Assembly: GCA_964580575.1 (NCBI GenBank)
Contig: CAZOLJ010000004.1
Span: 30,354 to 94,353 of the forward strand
DNA from: an uncultured Desulfobacteraceae bacterium
GTDB taxonomy: Bacteria; Desulfobacterota; DSM-4660; Desulfatiglandales; HGW-15
Length of the DNA stretch: 64,000 nt
Direction of reading: 5' to 3'
A program made the translations under genes and the position numbers. Shown one piece after another: positions 55,213 through 64,000 of this stretch (the stretch's first letter is position 1; every line of letters begins with the position of its first letter). Under the pieces are notes generated by a model that saw only the letters and a program-made list of their open reading frames with translations, was not told the DNA's origin and made no database searches.

Positions 55213-55662
55213 TCAGAATGTTTTCTCAGTATCTAAAAGAATAGTCACCGGGCCGTCGTTGACCAGATGAACCTCCATCATCTCCTGAAACACCCCAGTG
55301 GCCACCTTGAGCCCCTTTTCCCGGATCAGCCTTGCGAAGTGCTCATAAAGCATTCTGGCTTTTTCAGGAGGCGCAGCCCCTGTGAACGAAGGCCTTCGCC
55401 CCTTGATGCAGTCCCCCCAGAGCGTGAACTGGGATACCACCAGGACCTCCCCACCCGTCTCCAGGATCGAGCGGTTCATGAGTCCCTGCTCATCGGAAAA
55501 GATCCTCAGGTGAGCGATCTTTCCGGCCAGATAGTCGCAGTCTTTTTCGGAATCCCTGTGTCCCACCCCCAGGAAAACAAGGAGACCGGCCCCGATTTCT
55601 CCGACCGTCCTTCCTGCCACCTCCACCTTGGCCTCTTTGACCCGCTGTACAACCGCTCTCAT
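55213..55662 (-). CDS. dtd: D-aminoacyl-tRNA deacylase
   Basis: From ATG 55662: [15 protein letters not shown]...[18 protein letters not shown]... Confidence 0.95.
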   Translation of the reverse strand: MRAVVQRVKEAKVEVAGRTVGEIGAGLLVFLGVGHRDSEKDCDYLAGKIAHLRIFSDEQGLMNRSILETGGEVLVVSQFTLWGDCIKGRRPSFTGAAPPEKARMLYEHFARLIREKGLKVATGVFQEMMEVHLVNDGPVTILLDTEKTF

Positions 55663-55729
55663 GACGCTCCTCTCAGTTTCCAAACTTTGGGCTTTGTCAT
55701 CCCGGAGTCCTTAGTATACCCTTACAGCA

Positions 55730-55828
55730 AGGAGCACAGAGCAGAGAGAAAAACACATCCCGGAAACCCTATCTCCTCCAGTGCTCTCTTTTCTTTGCTC
55801 TACGTTCTACGCTCTTTGCTCTGTGCTG
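55730..55828. repeat. inverted-arm word repeat (GAGCACAGAGCAGAGAG ... CTCTTTGCTCTGTGCT)
   Basis: Left arm 55730-55748. Right side 55784-55828 has the words ctctcttttc / tttgctctac / gttctacgct / ctttgctctgtgctg. Lies in the divergent dtd / radical SAM gap. Confidence 0.7.
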
Positions 55829-55856
55829 AGTGGAAACCGTGGTGACATCCGCAAAA

Positions 55857-57203
55857 ATGGCTCCCTCCCTGATCCTCATCAATCCATGGATCTACGACTT
55901 TGCCGCCTACGATCTCTGGTCAAAGCCTCTCGGTCTTCTCTATCTGGCAGGGTATCTCCGGGCTTGCGGATTCGACATCCAGCTGATCGACTGCTTGGAT
56001 CTTCATCTTCCAACACTGAAAGACAGTGTGCTGCCGGCCCGGCGTGCTTATGGCACGGGCAAGTTCCCAAGAGAAAAAGCTGTCCGCTCACCGGCCCTCG
56101 ACCATGTTCCGAGATCTTATAGCCGATACGGGATTCCAAAACAACTCGTTGTGAACGCCATGAAGGAGGTCAAGCAGCCCGCAGCCATTCTCGTGACTTC
56201 GCTGATGACCTATTGGTATCCCGGTGTGACCGAGGCCATCGCCGTGGCTCGGGAGGTTCATCCCCGGACTCCGATCCTCCTCGGCGGCATTTACGCATGT
56301 CTTTGTGAAGAGCACGCTATCGCGACTTCCGGCGCGGACCGGGTCGCCACGGGGATCTCCCTTCACACCATGGCGGAACTTCTCGATGACCTTCGTGACT
56401 TCGGCCTTGAAGGGGAGAAGGTCCCGTCGTCAAAAGAGCTTCCCCTTCCCGCTTTCGACTTGCTCCACGGCCTGGACTATGCCCCGATTGTCACCTCCAC
56501 CGGGTGTCCTTATCGTTGTGAATACTGTGCGAGCCGTTTCTTGAACCCTCAGTTCATCACACAGGATCCCCACCAGGTTCTTGATGGGATTCTGCACTGG
56601 CACCGGAAGCGCGGAGTGCGGGACTTTGCCTTTTATGACGACGCCCTGCTCGTAGGTTTTGCAAAGCACCTGGGCCCTATCCTGGAGGCTCTGGTGAAAC
56701 AGGACCTCGACCTTAGGTTTCACACGCCCAACGCCCTTCATGTGAGGGAACTGTCCACTGAAGCGGCGGATCTCCTCTGGCGCGCGGGTTTCAAGACCAT
56801 ACGGCTCGGATTTGAAACATCGGACATGACCATGCATCAATGCCTCGATCGGAAACTTTCGGAAGGGGATTTTGAAAGGACGGTGCGATCTCTGCTCAAG
56901 GCAGGTTTTTCGAAAGAGCAGATCGGTGCTTATCTCCTGGCAGGGCTACCAGGGCAGTCCGTGAGGTCCGTAAAGGATACCGCAGAGTTTGTGAGCAAGG
57001 CAGGAGCCATGCCTTACCTGGCCGAATACTCCCCTATCCCCCACACTCCTCTGTGGAACAAAGCCGTTGCCTGTTCCCAGCATGACCTTGTCTCAGAGCC
57101 TCTCTTCCACAATAACACGCTTCTTCCCTGCTGGAACGAGGAGCAGAGAAAAGAGTTCAGGCAGGTGAAAGCAAGGGTGCTGGAGATCAGAAGAAGTGCC
57201 TAA
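55857..57203 (+). CDS. B12-binding-domain (class B) radical SAM protein
   Basis: N-terminal Rossmann-like LILINPWIYDFAAYDLWSKPLGLLYLAGYL, radical SAM cluster motif GCPYRCEYCAS. ATG 55857 chosen; GTG 55830 (track) is possible. Confidence 0.85.
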   Translation: MAPSLILINPWIYDFAAYDLWSKPLGLLYLAGYLRACGFDIQLIDCLDLHLPTLKDSVLPARRAYGTGKFPREKAVRSPALDHVPRSYSRYGIPKQLVVNAMKEVKQPAAILVTSLMTYWYPGVTEAIAVAREVHPRTPILLGGIYACLCEEHAIATSGADRVATGISLHTMAELLDDLRDFGLEGEKVPSSKELPLPAFDLLHGLDYAPIVTSTGCPYRCEYCASRFLNPQFITQDPHQVLDGILHWHRKRGVRDFAFYDDALLVGFAKHLGPILEALVKQDLDLRFHTPNALHVRELSTEAADLLWRAGFKTIRLGFETSDMTMHQCLDRKLSEGDFERTVRSLLKAGFSKEQIGAYLLAGLPGQSVRSVKDTAEFVSKAGAMPYLAEYSPIPHTPLWNKAVACSQHDLVSEPLFHNNTLLPCWNEEQRKEFRQVKARVLEIRRSA

Positions 57204-57204
57204 C

Positions 57205-57378
57205 CGAGAGGTGAAAGGTACGAGGATAAAGGTGCAAGGAAAGAAAGGGAGACGACCAGCAATCCGCGACCAGGTTCCGACAACGCACGACTGACAATGG
57301 ACAACGGACGACAAGCAATCTGCCACATCCAACTTGCAACTGGCGTTCTGCAACGGACAACGGACGACGGACAACGGT
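57205..57378. repeat. purine-rich and CAACGGA-type word arrays in a convergent gap
   Basis: aggtgaaaggtacgaggataaaggtgcaaggaaag; gacaatggacaacggacgacaag; and 4x 7-nt caacgga caacgga cgacgga caacggt (57351-57378), abutting the larB stop. Confidence 0.7.
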
Positions 57379-58127
57379 CATTTTCTGTTCATCAAGCTTG
57401 CCGCATAGGCTGCGCCGAAGCCGTTGTCAATGTTGACCACCGTCACGCCTGAAGCACATGAATTCAACATGCCCAGAAGCGCGGCAATGCCCTTGAAACT
57501 CGCCCCGTAGCCCACGCTCGAAGGGACAGCGATCACCGGCTTGTCCACGAGCCCGCCGACCACACTGGGCAGGGCTCCCTCCATGCCGGCCACCACGATG
57601 ATCACCGATGCCTTCTGGAGCTTTTCCCTGTGTGCCAGCAACCTGTGCAGGCCCGAGACGCCCAGATCATAAAGGGTGTCCACTTCGTTTCCCATGAAAC
57701 GGCCGGTGACGGCCGCTTCTTCCGCTACAGGAATATCCGATGTTCCGGCACTGATGACAAGGATGGTTCCCTTTCCCATGGCCTCCAGGGCATAGGGGAT
57801 CAGCGTGAGGGTTCGTGATCTTGGGTAGTATTCGGCTTTTCGATATTTCTTCTTGATCATTCCCGCCTTTTCCGGAGACAGGCGGGTGATGAGAATGTTC
57901 TCTTCCTGGGCGATCATCCTGTCCATGATCGCAAGAATGTCCTCAACCTCCTTCCCTTCTCCGAAGATCACCTCCGAAGCCCCCCTGCGGATGCTCCGAT
58001 GGTGATCGATGCAAGCCACGTCAATGTCCTGAAAGGGAAGATCGCGGAGCCGGCTGACCGCTTCATCAACCGATACTTTCCCCGTTTTCACCTTTCTCAA
58101 CAGGTCTTTGATCCTCTTCTGGTCCAA
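57378..58127 (-). CDS. larB: LarB (nickel-pincer cofactor biosynthesis; NaAD carboxylase/hydrolase, PurE-like)
   Basis: 249 aa. N-terminal VSVDEAVSRL..., DHHRSIRRGASEVIFGEGK, PurE-like core VISAGTSDIPVAEEAA...VVAGMEGALPSVVGG. Confidence 0.85.
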   Translation of the reverse strand: MDQKRIKDLLRKVKTGKVSVDEAVSRLRDLPFQDIDVACIDHHRSIRRGASEVIFGEGKEVEDILAIMDRMIAQEENILITRLSPEKAGMIKKKYRKAEYYPRSRTLTLIPYALEAMGKGTILVISAGTSDIPVAEEAAVTGRFMGNEVDTLYDLGVSGLHRLLAHREKLQKASVIIVVAGMEGALPSVVGGLVDKPVIAVPSSVGYGASFKGIAALLGMLNSCASGVTVVNIDNGFGAAYAASLMNRK

Positions 58128-58172
58128 GTTCCTATCCTTTTGTTGCCTTCTGTTGTTCGTGTAACACGCCTG

Positions 58173-58529
58173 CTAAAGGAGTTTGGACTCCTTTAGGAAG
58201 GACATGGATTGCTGGCCGATGTTCGTCACGTTGCTCAGGGCCCTAGCCACATGAATAAGGGCTTCCTCCCCTATTCCGGAATCAAACATCACCCTCGCCT
58301 TGTTCAGAAACCGTTCAACCTCGTTCCACTCCTCGTGCCCTGTGACGACCTTGGCCAGGCCGACTTCGTGACCCAGCATGCTCAAATCCACATAAATGAT
58401 TCTCGATGCTCCGCGCTTCTCCTCCACCGGCAGGTTCTTGAGAAGCTCCAGGCTGCTGGCGATCATGATCAGTCCTGACTTGATCTTCTCGCTCTGGGAA
58501 AAAGCCATGATGGCTTCGTGGGATTTCAT
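58173..58529 (-). CDS. hypothetical protein (helical, no family recognised)
   Basis: 118-aa ORF co-directional with and between the CBS gene and larB. No motif I can name. Confidence 0.5.
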   Translation of the reverse strand: MKSHEAIMAFSQSEKIKSGLIMIASSLELLKNLPVEEKRGASRIIYVDLSMLGHEVGLAKVVTGHEEWNEVERFLNKARVMFDSGIGEEALIHVARALSNVTNIGQQSMSFLKESKLL

Positions 58530-58603
58530 CCTAACTTTCCGACCTCCGGTTTTGAAGTTTCCTACGTGAGGAACTCAAAGTCCATCTTCAGGTGGAAAAG
58601 CCC

Positions 58604-59164
58604 TTACAGCTGGCAAGCTTTCATCATCTCGCACACTTCCTGAAAGACGTCCGTCAGGCGCAGGATGCCGACAATTTCTTTTCCCTCCTTCGTAACCAGC
58701 AAAGACTGGTGATGGCCTACGACGAGTTGATGAAGTGCCTGGTCCAGGCTGGCTTCCTGGGGAACGTATTCCCCTTCCGTGGGCGTGTACATGACGTCTC
58801 TCACCTTGATGTGAGGGGATCTCCTGCAAATGTCCTCCAGCGGTTTCTGCCACAGATCATATTTGTCTACCATAGACCTGATGAATTCCGTACTGAAACC
58901 CGTGTGCGAGATGCCTTTGAAGTCCCCCATTTTCTTGTAGCCCCCTTCAAGGCCCTTGATCACATCAAGCTGACTGAGCTTCCCGACCACTTGTTTGCCC
59001 TTGTCGAGGACAAGAATTGCACGGTGCTTGTAAGCGGCTTGTCGGAATTTCTTCTGCGCCTCCTCGAGCGCCAACACGGCTGCATAGAGGCTGGCGTCTT
59101 CGCTCACTGTAGCATATTCCTCAAGGGGCACCATCAGATCTTTGACTTTCCTGGTCTTCATCAC
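58604..59164 (-). CDS. CBS domain pair protein
   Basis: 186 aa. Two CBS-like units (VKDLMVP...AILVLDKGKQVVGKLSQLDVIK; VRDVMYTP...SLLVTKEGKEIVGILRLTDVF). Confidence 0.8.
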   Translation of the reverse strand: MMKTRKVKDLMVPLEEYATVSEDASLYAAVLALEEAQKKFRQAAYKHRAILVLDKGKQVVGKLSQLDVIKGLEGGYKKMGDFKGISHTGFSTEFIRSMVDKYDLWQKPLEDICRRSPHIKVRDVMYTPTEGEYVPQEASLDQALHQLVVGHHQSLLVTKEGKEIVGILRLTDVFQEVCEMMKACQL

Positions 59165-59363
59165 TCAGTCCTCCTGTATTTTTCTCGGCCTTTGAAGCCT
59201 TTCTCCATAAACCCGGGAAGACACCGCTCTCCGGCCGGCTGCCTTTCGGCATCGGCAAAGGCCCATGGATCCCCGGCTGTGATGGAATGCCTCATGAAGG
59301 AAGGAAAATGTCCCATTAAGGAACTATAGAAAATAGCATGCCGAGTGTCAAGCACCAGGACGG

Positions 59364-60344
59364 TTACTCGGGCTTAAAAGATCTCCCGAGTCCCGCAGGG
59401 GCTGATCCGCTCAAGATTCGCACCATGCCGCGGAGCCATGGGGATCCCCTGCTCGACGTTTTTGCAGAGCTCCTTTGTGCCAGGTACATGACGATCAAGG
59501 CGAAGATCATGAGTGGAAAAGGAGCGACCTGGAACACCTGGGCAGGCACCGAAGGCCACCCCCCCTGAAAATGAATTCCCATGATCTGCAGAAAAGAGAA
59601 GAGGTACGCTCCCAGGGCGGTTTTGACCGGGTGCCAGCCTCCAAAGATGACGATGGCCAGGGCGATCCACCCGGTTCCTTCGGCGCCTTGAGGCCGGCCC
59701 CAGCCGGTCTTGGTGCACAGAGAGAAAGTAGCCCCTGCAAGGCCTACCAGGAGCCCGCCCGCCACCGCGTACCAGAACTGGATCGATCGAGTGTTTGTGC
59801 CTCTGGCATAGGCCGCTTCCGGGTTCTCCCCGATGGCCCTAAGGCGAAGACCCATGGGTGTTTTGTACAAGTACCACCAGACAAAAGGAATCAGGAGCAG
59901 GCTCAGGTACGCGGGAAAGCTTTGATCAAATAAAATGGGACCCAGAACAGGGATATCCTGAAGCCATGGGATAGGGAGAAGGCCGGTTTGAGGGCCGTAG
60001 AGCCTGGCGTATGGATTCCCCAGAAAATAGGCAAGGTCCCTGGCCGTCAGGGTGAGAACAAACCCTACAGCCACCTGGGACAGGCCCAGGGATACGCTGA
60101 AAAACCCGACAACCGCAGCTATCAGGGCCCCCACGAGAGCACCCCCTGCAAATCCGAGAAAAAGGTTGTTGCTCTGATAGGCGATGGCAAAGGCGACCAT
60201 GGCGCTCAAAAGGATAGAGCCGTCGAGGCTCAAATTGATCACCCCTCCTTTTTCCGAGATCGTCTCTCCCAAAACAGCCAGCACAATCGGCGCAGCGCCG
60301 GCCACAATGGAAGCGAGGAGAATGGTGAAATCAAAGTCGGTCAC
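59364..60344 (-). CDS. ABC transporter permease (BMP/nucleoside-simple sugar type)
   Basis: 326 aa polytopic. AAPIVLAVLGETISEKGGVINLSLDG, typical of this permease family. Confidence 0.85.
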   Translation of the reverse strand: MTDFDFTILLASIVAGAAPIVLAVLGETISEKGGVINLSLDGSILLSAMVAFAIAYQSNNLFLGFAGGALVGALIAAVVGFFSVSLGLSQVAVGFVLTLTARDLAYFLGNPYARLYGPQTGLLPIPWLQDIPVLGPILFDQSFPAYLSLLLIPFVWWYLYKTPMGLRLRAIGENPEAAYARGTNTRSIQFWYAVAGGLLVGLAGATFSLCTKTGWGRPQGAEGTGWIALAIVIFGGWHPVKTALGAYLFSFLQIMGIHFQGGWPSVPAQVFQVAPFPLMIFALIVMYLAQRSSAKTSSRGSPWLRGMVRILSGSAPAGLGRSFKPE

Positions 60345-60394
60345 TGGAAAGTCTCACAGGCATCCTATTTGTTCGCAACATATACCCTCCTACG

Positions 60395-61504
60395 CTACAA
60401 GGGTGCATACCATCTAGAAGGAGCCCTTCGTTCGAGGACCGCCTCGGCTTCGCCGGGCTCCTCCCCCTTGGTTTTGCGCCTCAGCCCATACACCAGAAGG
60501 GTGGTGAGCACCAGGGTCCCCTGGATGATCCCGCTCAACGAAGAATCCAGTTTCAACACGATGGGAAGTTGGATGCTTCCCACGTTCAGGCACGCAAAAA
60601 AGAAAGCGATCCAGGGCGATCCCCAGGCTCGGTAATTGGCAAGCATCACCACCAGAAGCGCAAGATAGCCGTAGTTGCTCGATATGACGGGGATGAGGCG
60701 GTGATAGACTCCGGTAACCTGGAATGCTCCGGCCAACCCTGCGCACCCTCCAGCCATTCCCATGGCAATGATAAAATAGGTATTCGGGTTCAGGCCATGA
60801 ATATACGCCGCCCTTGCATTGCTCCCAATCCCTTTGAGGGCAAGCCCCAATCTTGTACGGTTGAGCACCCAGGTCGCCACCACAAGGGCGAGCACCGTGA
60901 CGGCTAAGCCGACAGGTGAAAGCTTTCCGGACAGGAGCGTCGGAAGCCACAAGGATTCAGGGAATAGTTCCGTCCCGCTCATCGACCCAACCCCGGGCCG
61001 TTTCCACGGTCCGAAAATGAGCCAGAGGGTGATTCCCTGTGCTACAAAATTGAGTCCCAGCCCGCCAAAGATTTCGTTGACGCCGCCCTTGGTCTTGAGG
61101 AAACCGGCCAGGATCGCCCAGGCGCTTCCTCCCAGCATTCCTGCTGTGAATGCCAGGACAATCATCAGAAAGGGGGAGCCGCCCTCCACTCCGAACCTGA
61201 GCACGGCGGTGGAAGCTATGGCGCCGGCCACGACCTGACCTTCCACACCGATGTTCCACAACCCGATTCGAAAGCTGTAAATCAACCCGCAGGCGCACAA
61301 GGTGAGAGGGATCCAAACCATCAATACATGTGACAGCTTGCTCCACGATCCAAAAGCACCTAGAAAAAGATGATAAAAGGCCGGCCAGGGAGCAGCGCCT
61401 GCAACGAGGAGCACCAGGCTGGTCAAACAAAAGACACCCCCTGCGATGAAGAGGACTCTCAGGAGAAGCTCTTTGGGCGGGGTGCTTTCAGGAAAGAGGC
61501 TCAT
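60395..61504 (-). CDS. ABC transporter permease (BMP/nucleoside-simple sugar type)
   Basis: From ATG 61504, 2 nt after the ATPase stop. Polytopic, GLWNIGVEGQ motif. Confidence 0.85.
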   Translation of the reverse strand: MSLFPESTPPKELLLRVLFIAGGVFCLTSLVLLVAGAAPWPAFYHLFLGAFGSWSKLSHVLMVWIPLTLCACGLIYSFRIGLWNIGVEGQVVAGAIASTAVLRFGVEGGSPFLMIVLAFTAGMLGGSAWAILAGFLKTKGGVNEIFGGLGLNFVAQGITLWLIFGPWKRPGVGSMSGTELFPESLWLPTLLSGKLSPVGLAVTVLALVVATWVLNRTRLGLALKGIGSNARAAYIHGLNPNTYFIIAMGMAGGCAGLAGAFQVTGVYHRLIPVISSNYGYLALLVVMLANYRAWGSPWIAFFFACLNVGSIQLPIVLKLDSSLSGIIQGTLVLTTLLVYGLRRKTKGEEPGEAEAVLERRAPSRWYAPL

Positions 61505-61506
61505 GG

Positions 61507-62970
61507 CTATCCCTTGCCTGCGATGGCCTTCGCAAGCTCCTCCACTGTCGTATCGCAAGGCCTCACGTCCTTCACCACCTCCCCGTTGAAAAACACCAGG
61601 ATCCGATCGGCCATTTGAAAGATCTCGTCCAACTCAGCGGACGAAAAGACAATGCTCGTCCCCTGAACCGCATAGGCCGTGAGCTTTTCCCACACCCACC
61701 GGACCGAATCCATATCAAGCCCACGCGTGGGGTGCTCCAGAAGCAGCAGCCGCGGATTGTCCGGAAGCAGAGCCAGGAGCAGGCGCTGCTGATTTCCTCC
61801 TGAAAGCGATTCTGCTGCGGAAAAAGGATTGCCCCTGATCCTGAATCGCTCGATCCCTTGTTGGGCCCTGTCCCAGGCTTTCGGCCAGTGGATCACAATC
61901 CCTTTCAGCTGCTGGAGAGCGAAATGTTCCGTGATGGTCAGGCCGGGCATCAGGCCTTCCTCCAGCCGGCCCGCCGGCAGGAACGTGACCCGCCTCGCTT
62001 TGTAGGCGTGGTGATCCTTGTCCGTCATGTCCGCTCCGGCCACCCGGATCTTTCCCGTCTGAGGTTTCTCCAGCCCTGCCGCCAGACGCAAAAACAGACC
62101 CTGCCCGCTCCCCTCCAATCCTGCCAGCCCGACCACTTCGCCCTGCCGTACAGATACCCGGCACGGGCTCAGCCCGGCTCTTCCCCCCAAGCCAGAGACC
62201 TCCTCCATGGCCAGCGTCAGGACTCCCTCCTCTGTCCGTTTCTCGAAGCAGGGAGGCGGAGCGAGTTCGTTCCCAAACATCCACTTCAGGAGTTTTCTAG
62301 CCTCAAAGGGTAAGCCCATGTCCCCTTCCACCTTGCCGCGCCTCAAAACCGTGATTCGGTCACAAAGGGCTTCCACATCTTCGAGTTTGTGAGAAACGAG
62401 GAGGATGGTTTTTCCCTCACTGGCAAGCTTCCGGAGGACACTGAACAGGGCTTGCTTTTGAAGGCTCGAGATCCCCGTGGTAGGCTCATCCAGAATCAAC
62501 ACTTCCACGCCCAGGGCAAGAAGCCTGACCAGTTCGAGTTGCTGCCGCTCTCCCACCGTGAGACGTACTACGGCTGTACCGGGGTCAAGATGAAAGCCGA
62601 AAGGGTCGGCCATTTCCTTGAGACGGACACGATAGGCCTTCTCTCTTGAAACGAGTCCACAATCGAGCCCCATCATGAAATTTTCCATGACCGTGAGCGG
62701 CGGGAAATCAAGCGGATCCTGGTAGAGCATGCCGATGCCCAGGCGAGTCGCTTGTGAGGGGTGGTCGTACTCTGCGGGCTGACCATTGACGAGAATCGTG
62801 CCGGAGGTCTTGGCCGTGTATCCCGCAAGAACCTTCATGAGGGTGCTTTTGCCTGCACCGTTTTCACCCAGAATTCCGTGGATGGACCCTTCGGTGATCT
62901 CCAGGTCGATCCCGTCGTTGGCATTCACCTTCCCATATCGCTTGCGAATGTTCCTGAGCGTAATCCTCAT
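61507..62970 (-). CDS. ABC transporter ATP-binding protein, tandem NBDs
   Basis: 487 aa. Walker A GENGAGKST, signature/Walker B LILDEPT, second signature LSGGNQQR ... LLLEHPTRGLD. Confidence 0.92.
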   Translation of the reverse strand: MRITLRNIRKRYGKVNANDGIDLEITEGSIHGILGENGAGKSTLMKVLAGYTAKTSGTILVNGQPAEYDHPSQATRLGIGMLYQDPLDFPPLTVMENFMMGLDCGLVSREKAYRVRLKEMADPFGFHLDPGTAVVRLTVGERQQLELVRLLALGVEVLILDEPTTGISSLQKQALFSVLRKLASEGKTILLVSHKLEDVEALCDRITVLRRGKVEGDMGLPFEARKLLKWMFGNELAPPPCFEKRTEEGVLTLAMEEVSGLGGRAGLSPCRVSVRQGEVVGLAGLEGSGQGLFLRLAAGLEKPQTGKIRVAGADMTDKDHHAYKARRVTFLPAGRLEEGLMPGLTITEHFALQQLKGIVIHWPKAWDRAQQGIERFRIRGNPFSAAESLSGGNQQRLLLALLPDNPRLLLLEHPTRGLDMDSVRWVWEKLTAYAVQGTSIVFSSAELDEIFQMADRILVFFNGEVVKDVRPCDTTVEELAKAIAGKG

Positions 62971-63051
62971 GAGATTCTTCTTGCGGAGCAGGCATTGGCG
63001 CCCGCTCCGCCCTTCACCGTTTACCGATCACTGTTCACTGACGGGTGGCAC

Positions 63052-63120
63052 GGACAAGCCCGCCCCGGCGGGCTTGTCCGTGATGTATGAAAAACCCTGG
63101 ATGCCCGCCTCCGCGGGCAT
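63052..63120. repeat. two GC-rich hairpins (one REP-like) between the binding-protein and ATPase genes
   Basis: ggacaagcccgc-cccg-gcgggcttgtcc (perfect 12 bp, 63052-63079) and atgcccgc-ctcc-gcgggcat (8 bp, 63101-63120). The second is the ...PASAGMT... pseudo-peptide type. Confidence 0.6.
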
Positions 63121-63170
63121 GACGAAAAGACGGTACATTTTTGGGCTCTTTGGGTTCCCCTCTTTACTGC

Positions 63171-64000
63171 TTACTTTTTCGCTTTACTCTCTCCGGCCAT
63201 GCCCTTGAGGAGCTGTTCCATGTACCAGATCTGTTTGTCCGTCGCCACTTCTCCCGCTTTCAGGAAAGGCTTTCCGTCCTGGTAATCCAGAGGACCCTTG
63301 AAGAGCTGGATCTTTCCGCTTCCAAGGTCTTTGACAAAGGTATCCAAAGAAGCCTGCGCAGTCTTTGAAAGGGCGCCTCCTGGGAGGAATCCTACGGCGC
63401 TGGTGTCCGGATTGTTGATATCCTTCCAGTCCGGCCCGTTCCAGAGCCACGCCTGTTTGAATTTGCCCTCCATGGCATCCTTGATGAAATGAACGTAGGT
63501 CGGCCCCCAGTTGAAGTAGGGGACACCCAGGCAGGCGTCCATGGCGCCCTCGCACGCTCCCTTGTAGTCATACGGGATGGCCCACACCTGCTTTTTCTGC
63601 TGCCTCTTCTGCCGCGCCACCACCAGAGCTTCCGTGGTGTCAATCCCGGAGATCACCACATCGTATCCCGTGTTGAAAAAGTTCTGCGCCACCTGGGTGG
63701 GATCGGCCGTGACGCCCGGGATGTTGAACCAGAACCCGATCCAGGTCACCTGGAACGAAAGGGTCTTGGGGTCTTTCTTGAACACGTTTTCCCAGGCGTA
63801 ACGGGCTCCGAGATAAGCGGAAACAGCGAGCCTTCGCGTTTCTTCATTGATCAGAGGGCCAAGGTAGCCGATCTTTCCGGTCTGGGTGGTGAGAGCCGCT
63901 GCAAAACCGGCAATCATCTTTCCATATTCCATGCGGCCCATGACATTGGCCAGGTTTTTCGACGCCTTGCCTGTGAGGACATCGTCCCCGGACACATGGA
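63171..64000 (-). CDS. BMP family (PnrA/Med-like) ABC substrate-binding lipoprotein, N-terminus beyond the window end
   Basis: The reading frame is open to the window end. IGYLGPLINEETRRL, VVISGIDTTEA and WAIPYDY are typical of BMP-family binding proteins. Confidence 0.85.
   Translation of the reverse strand, partial: HVSGDDVLTGKASKNLANVMGRMEYGKMIAGFAAALTTQTGKIGYLGPLINEETRRLAVSAYLGARYAWENVFKKDPKTLSFQVTWIGFWFNIPGVTADPTQVAQNFFNTGYDVVISGIDTTEALVVARQKRQQKKQVWAIPYDYKGACEGAMDACLGVPYFNWGPTYVHFIKDAMEGKFKQAWLWNGPDWKDINNPDTSAVGFLPGGALSKTAQASLDTFVKDLGSGKIQLFKGPLDYQDGKPFLKAGEVATDKQIWYMEQLLKGMAGESKAKK

Overview
GC-rich chromosomal segment of a Gram-negative bacterium. Gene content and order look Desulfobacterota/'deltaproteobacterial', but that is inference only. 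Most of the window is housekeeping, largely on the minus strand: gmk-remA-yicC, DUF4416, hldA, glpK, TraB-like, M48 protease, rng, polA, rny, zapB-zapA, F1Fo atpF'-F-H-A-G-D-C, bactofilin, mreBCD-mrdA-rodA. On the plus strand: rpmH-rnpA-yidD-yidC-jag-mnmE and a CHASE2 cyclase. Further genes are dtd, a B12-type radical SAM, larB, a CBS protein and a BMP-type ABC transporter. Two lipid modules stand out. (i) At 3.8-17.1 kb sits a self-contained island: two paralogous DUF374 acyltransferases, a discrete ACP, a discrete KS, a ~2640-aa type-I megasynthase (pseudo-ER, ER, KS, AT, ACP, KR, DH; no thioesterase seen), a short PPTase and an LpxL-family acyltransferase. This is my best candidate for an undescribed system: a dedicated acyl-chain factory offloaded by acyltransferases. 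(ii) At 23.6-28.0 kb lies a double-activase/HAD-BCR-type pair resembling the anaerobic plasmalogen/ether-lipid enzymes PlsA/PlsR (Ger), translationally coupled to rng. Non-coding content is also unusual. Nearly every intergenic gap over ~80 bp holds degenerate 7-13-nt 'word' arrays, often arranged as inverted arms. A ~160-170-bp element occurs twice, with conserved ends, a conserved hairpin core and a fully covarying stem. Several GC-rich REP-like hairpins are present, and the 380-bp zapA-rny gap has long-range complementarity (weak 6S RNA/leader candidate). I saw no rRNA, tRNA, CRISPR, transposase or integrase genes. Several start codons were moved from the longest-ORF track to better-supported internal starts.
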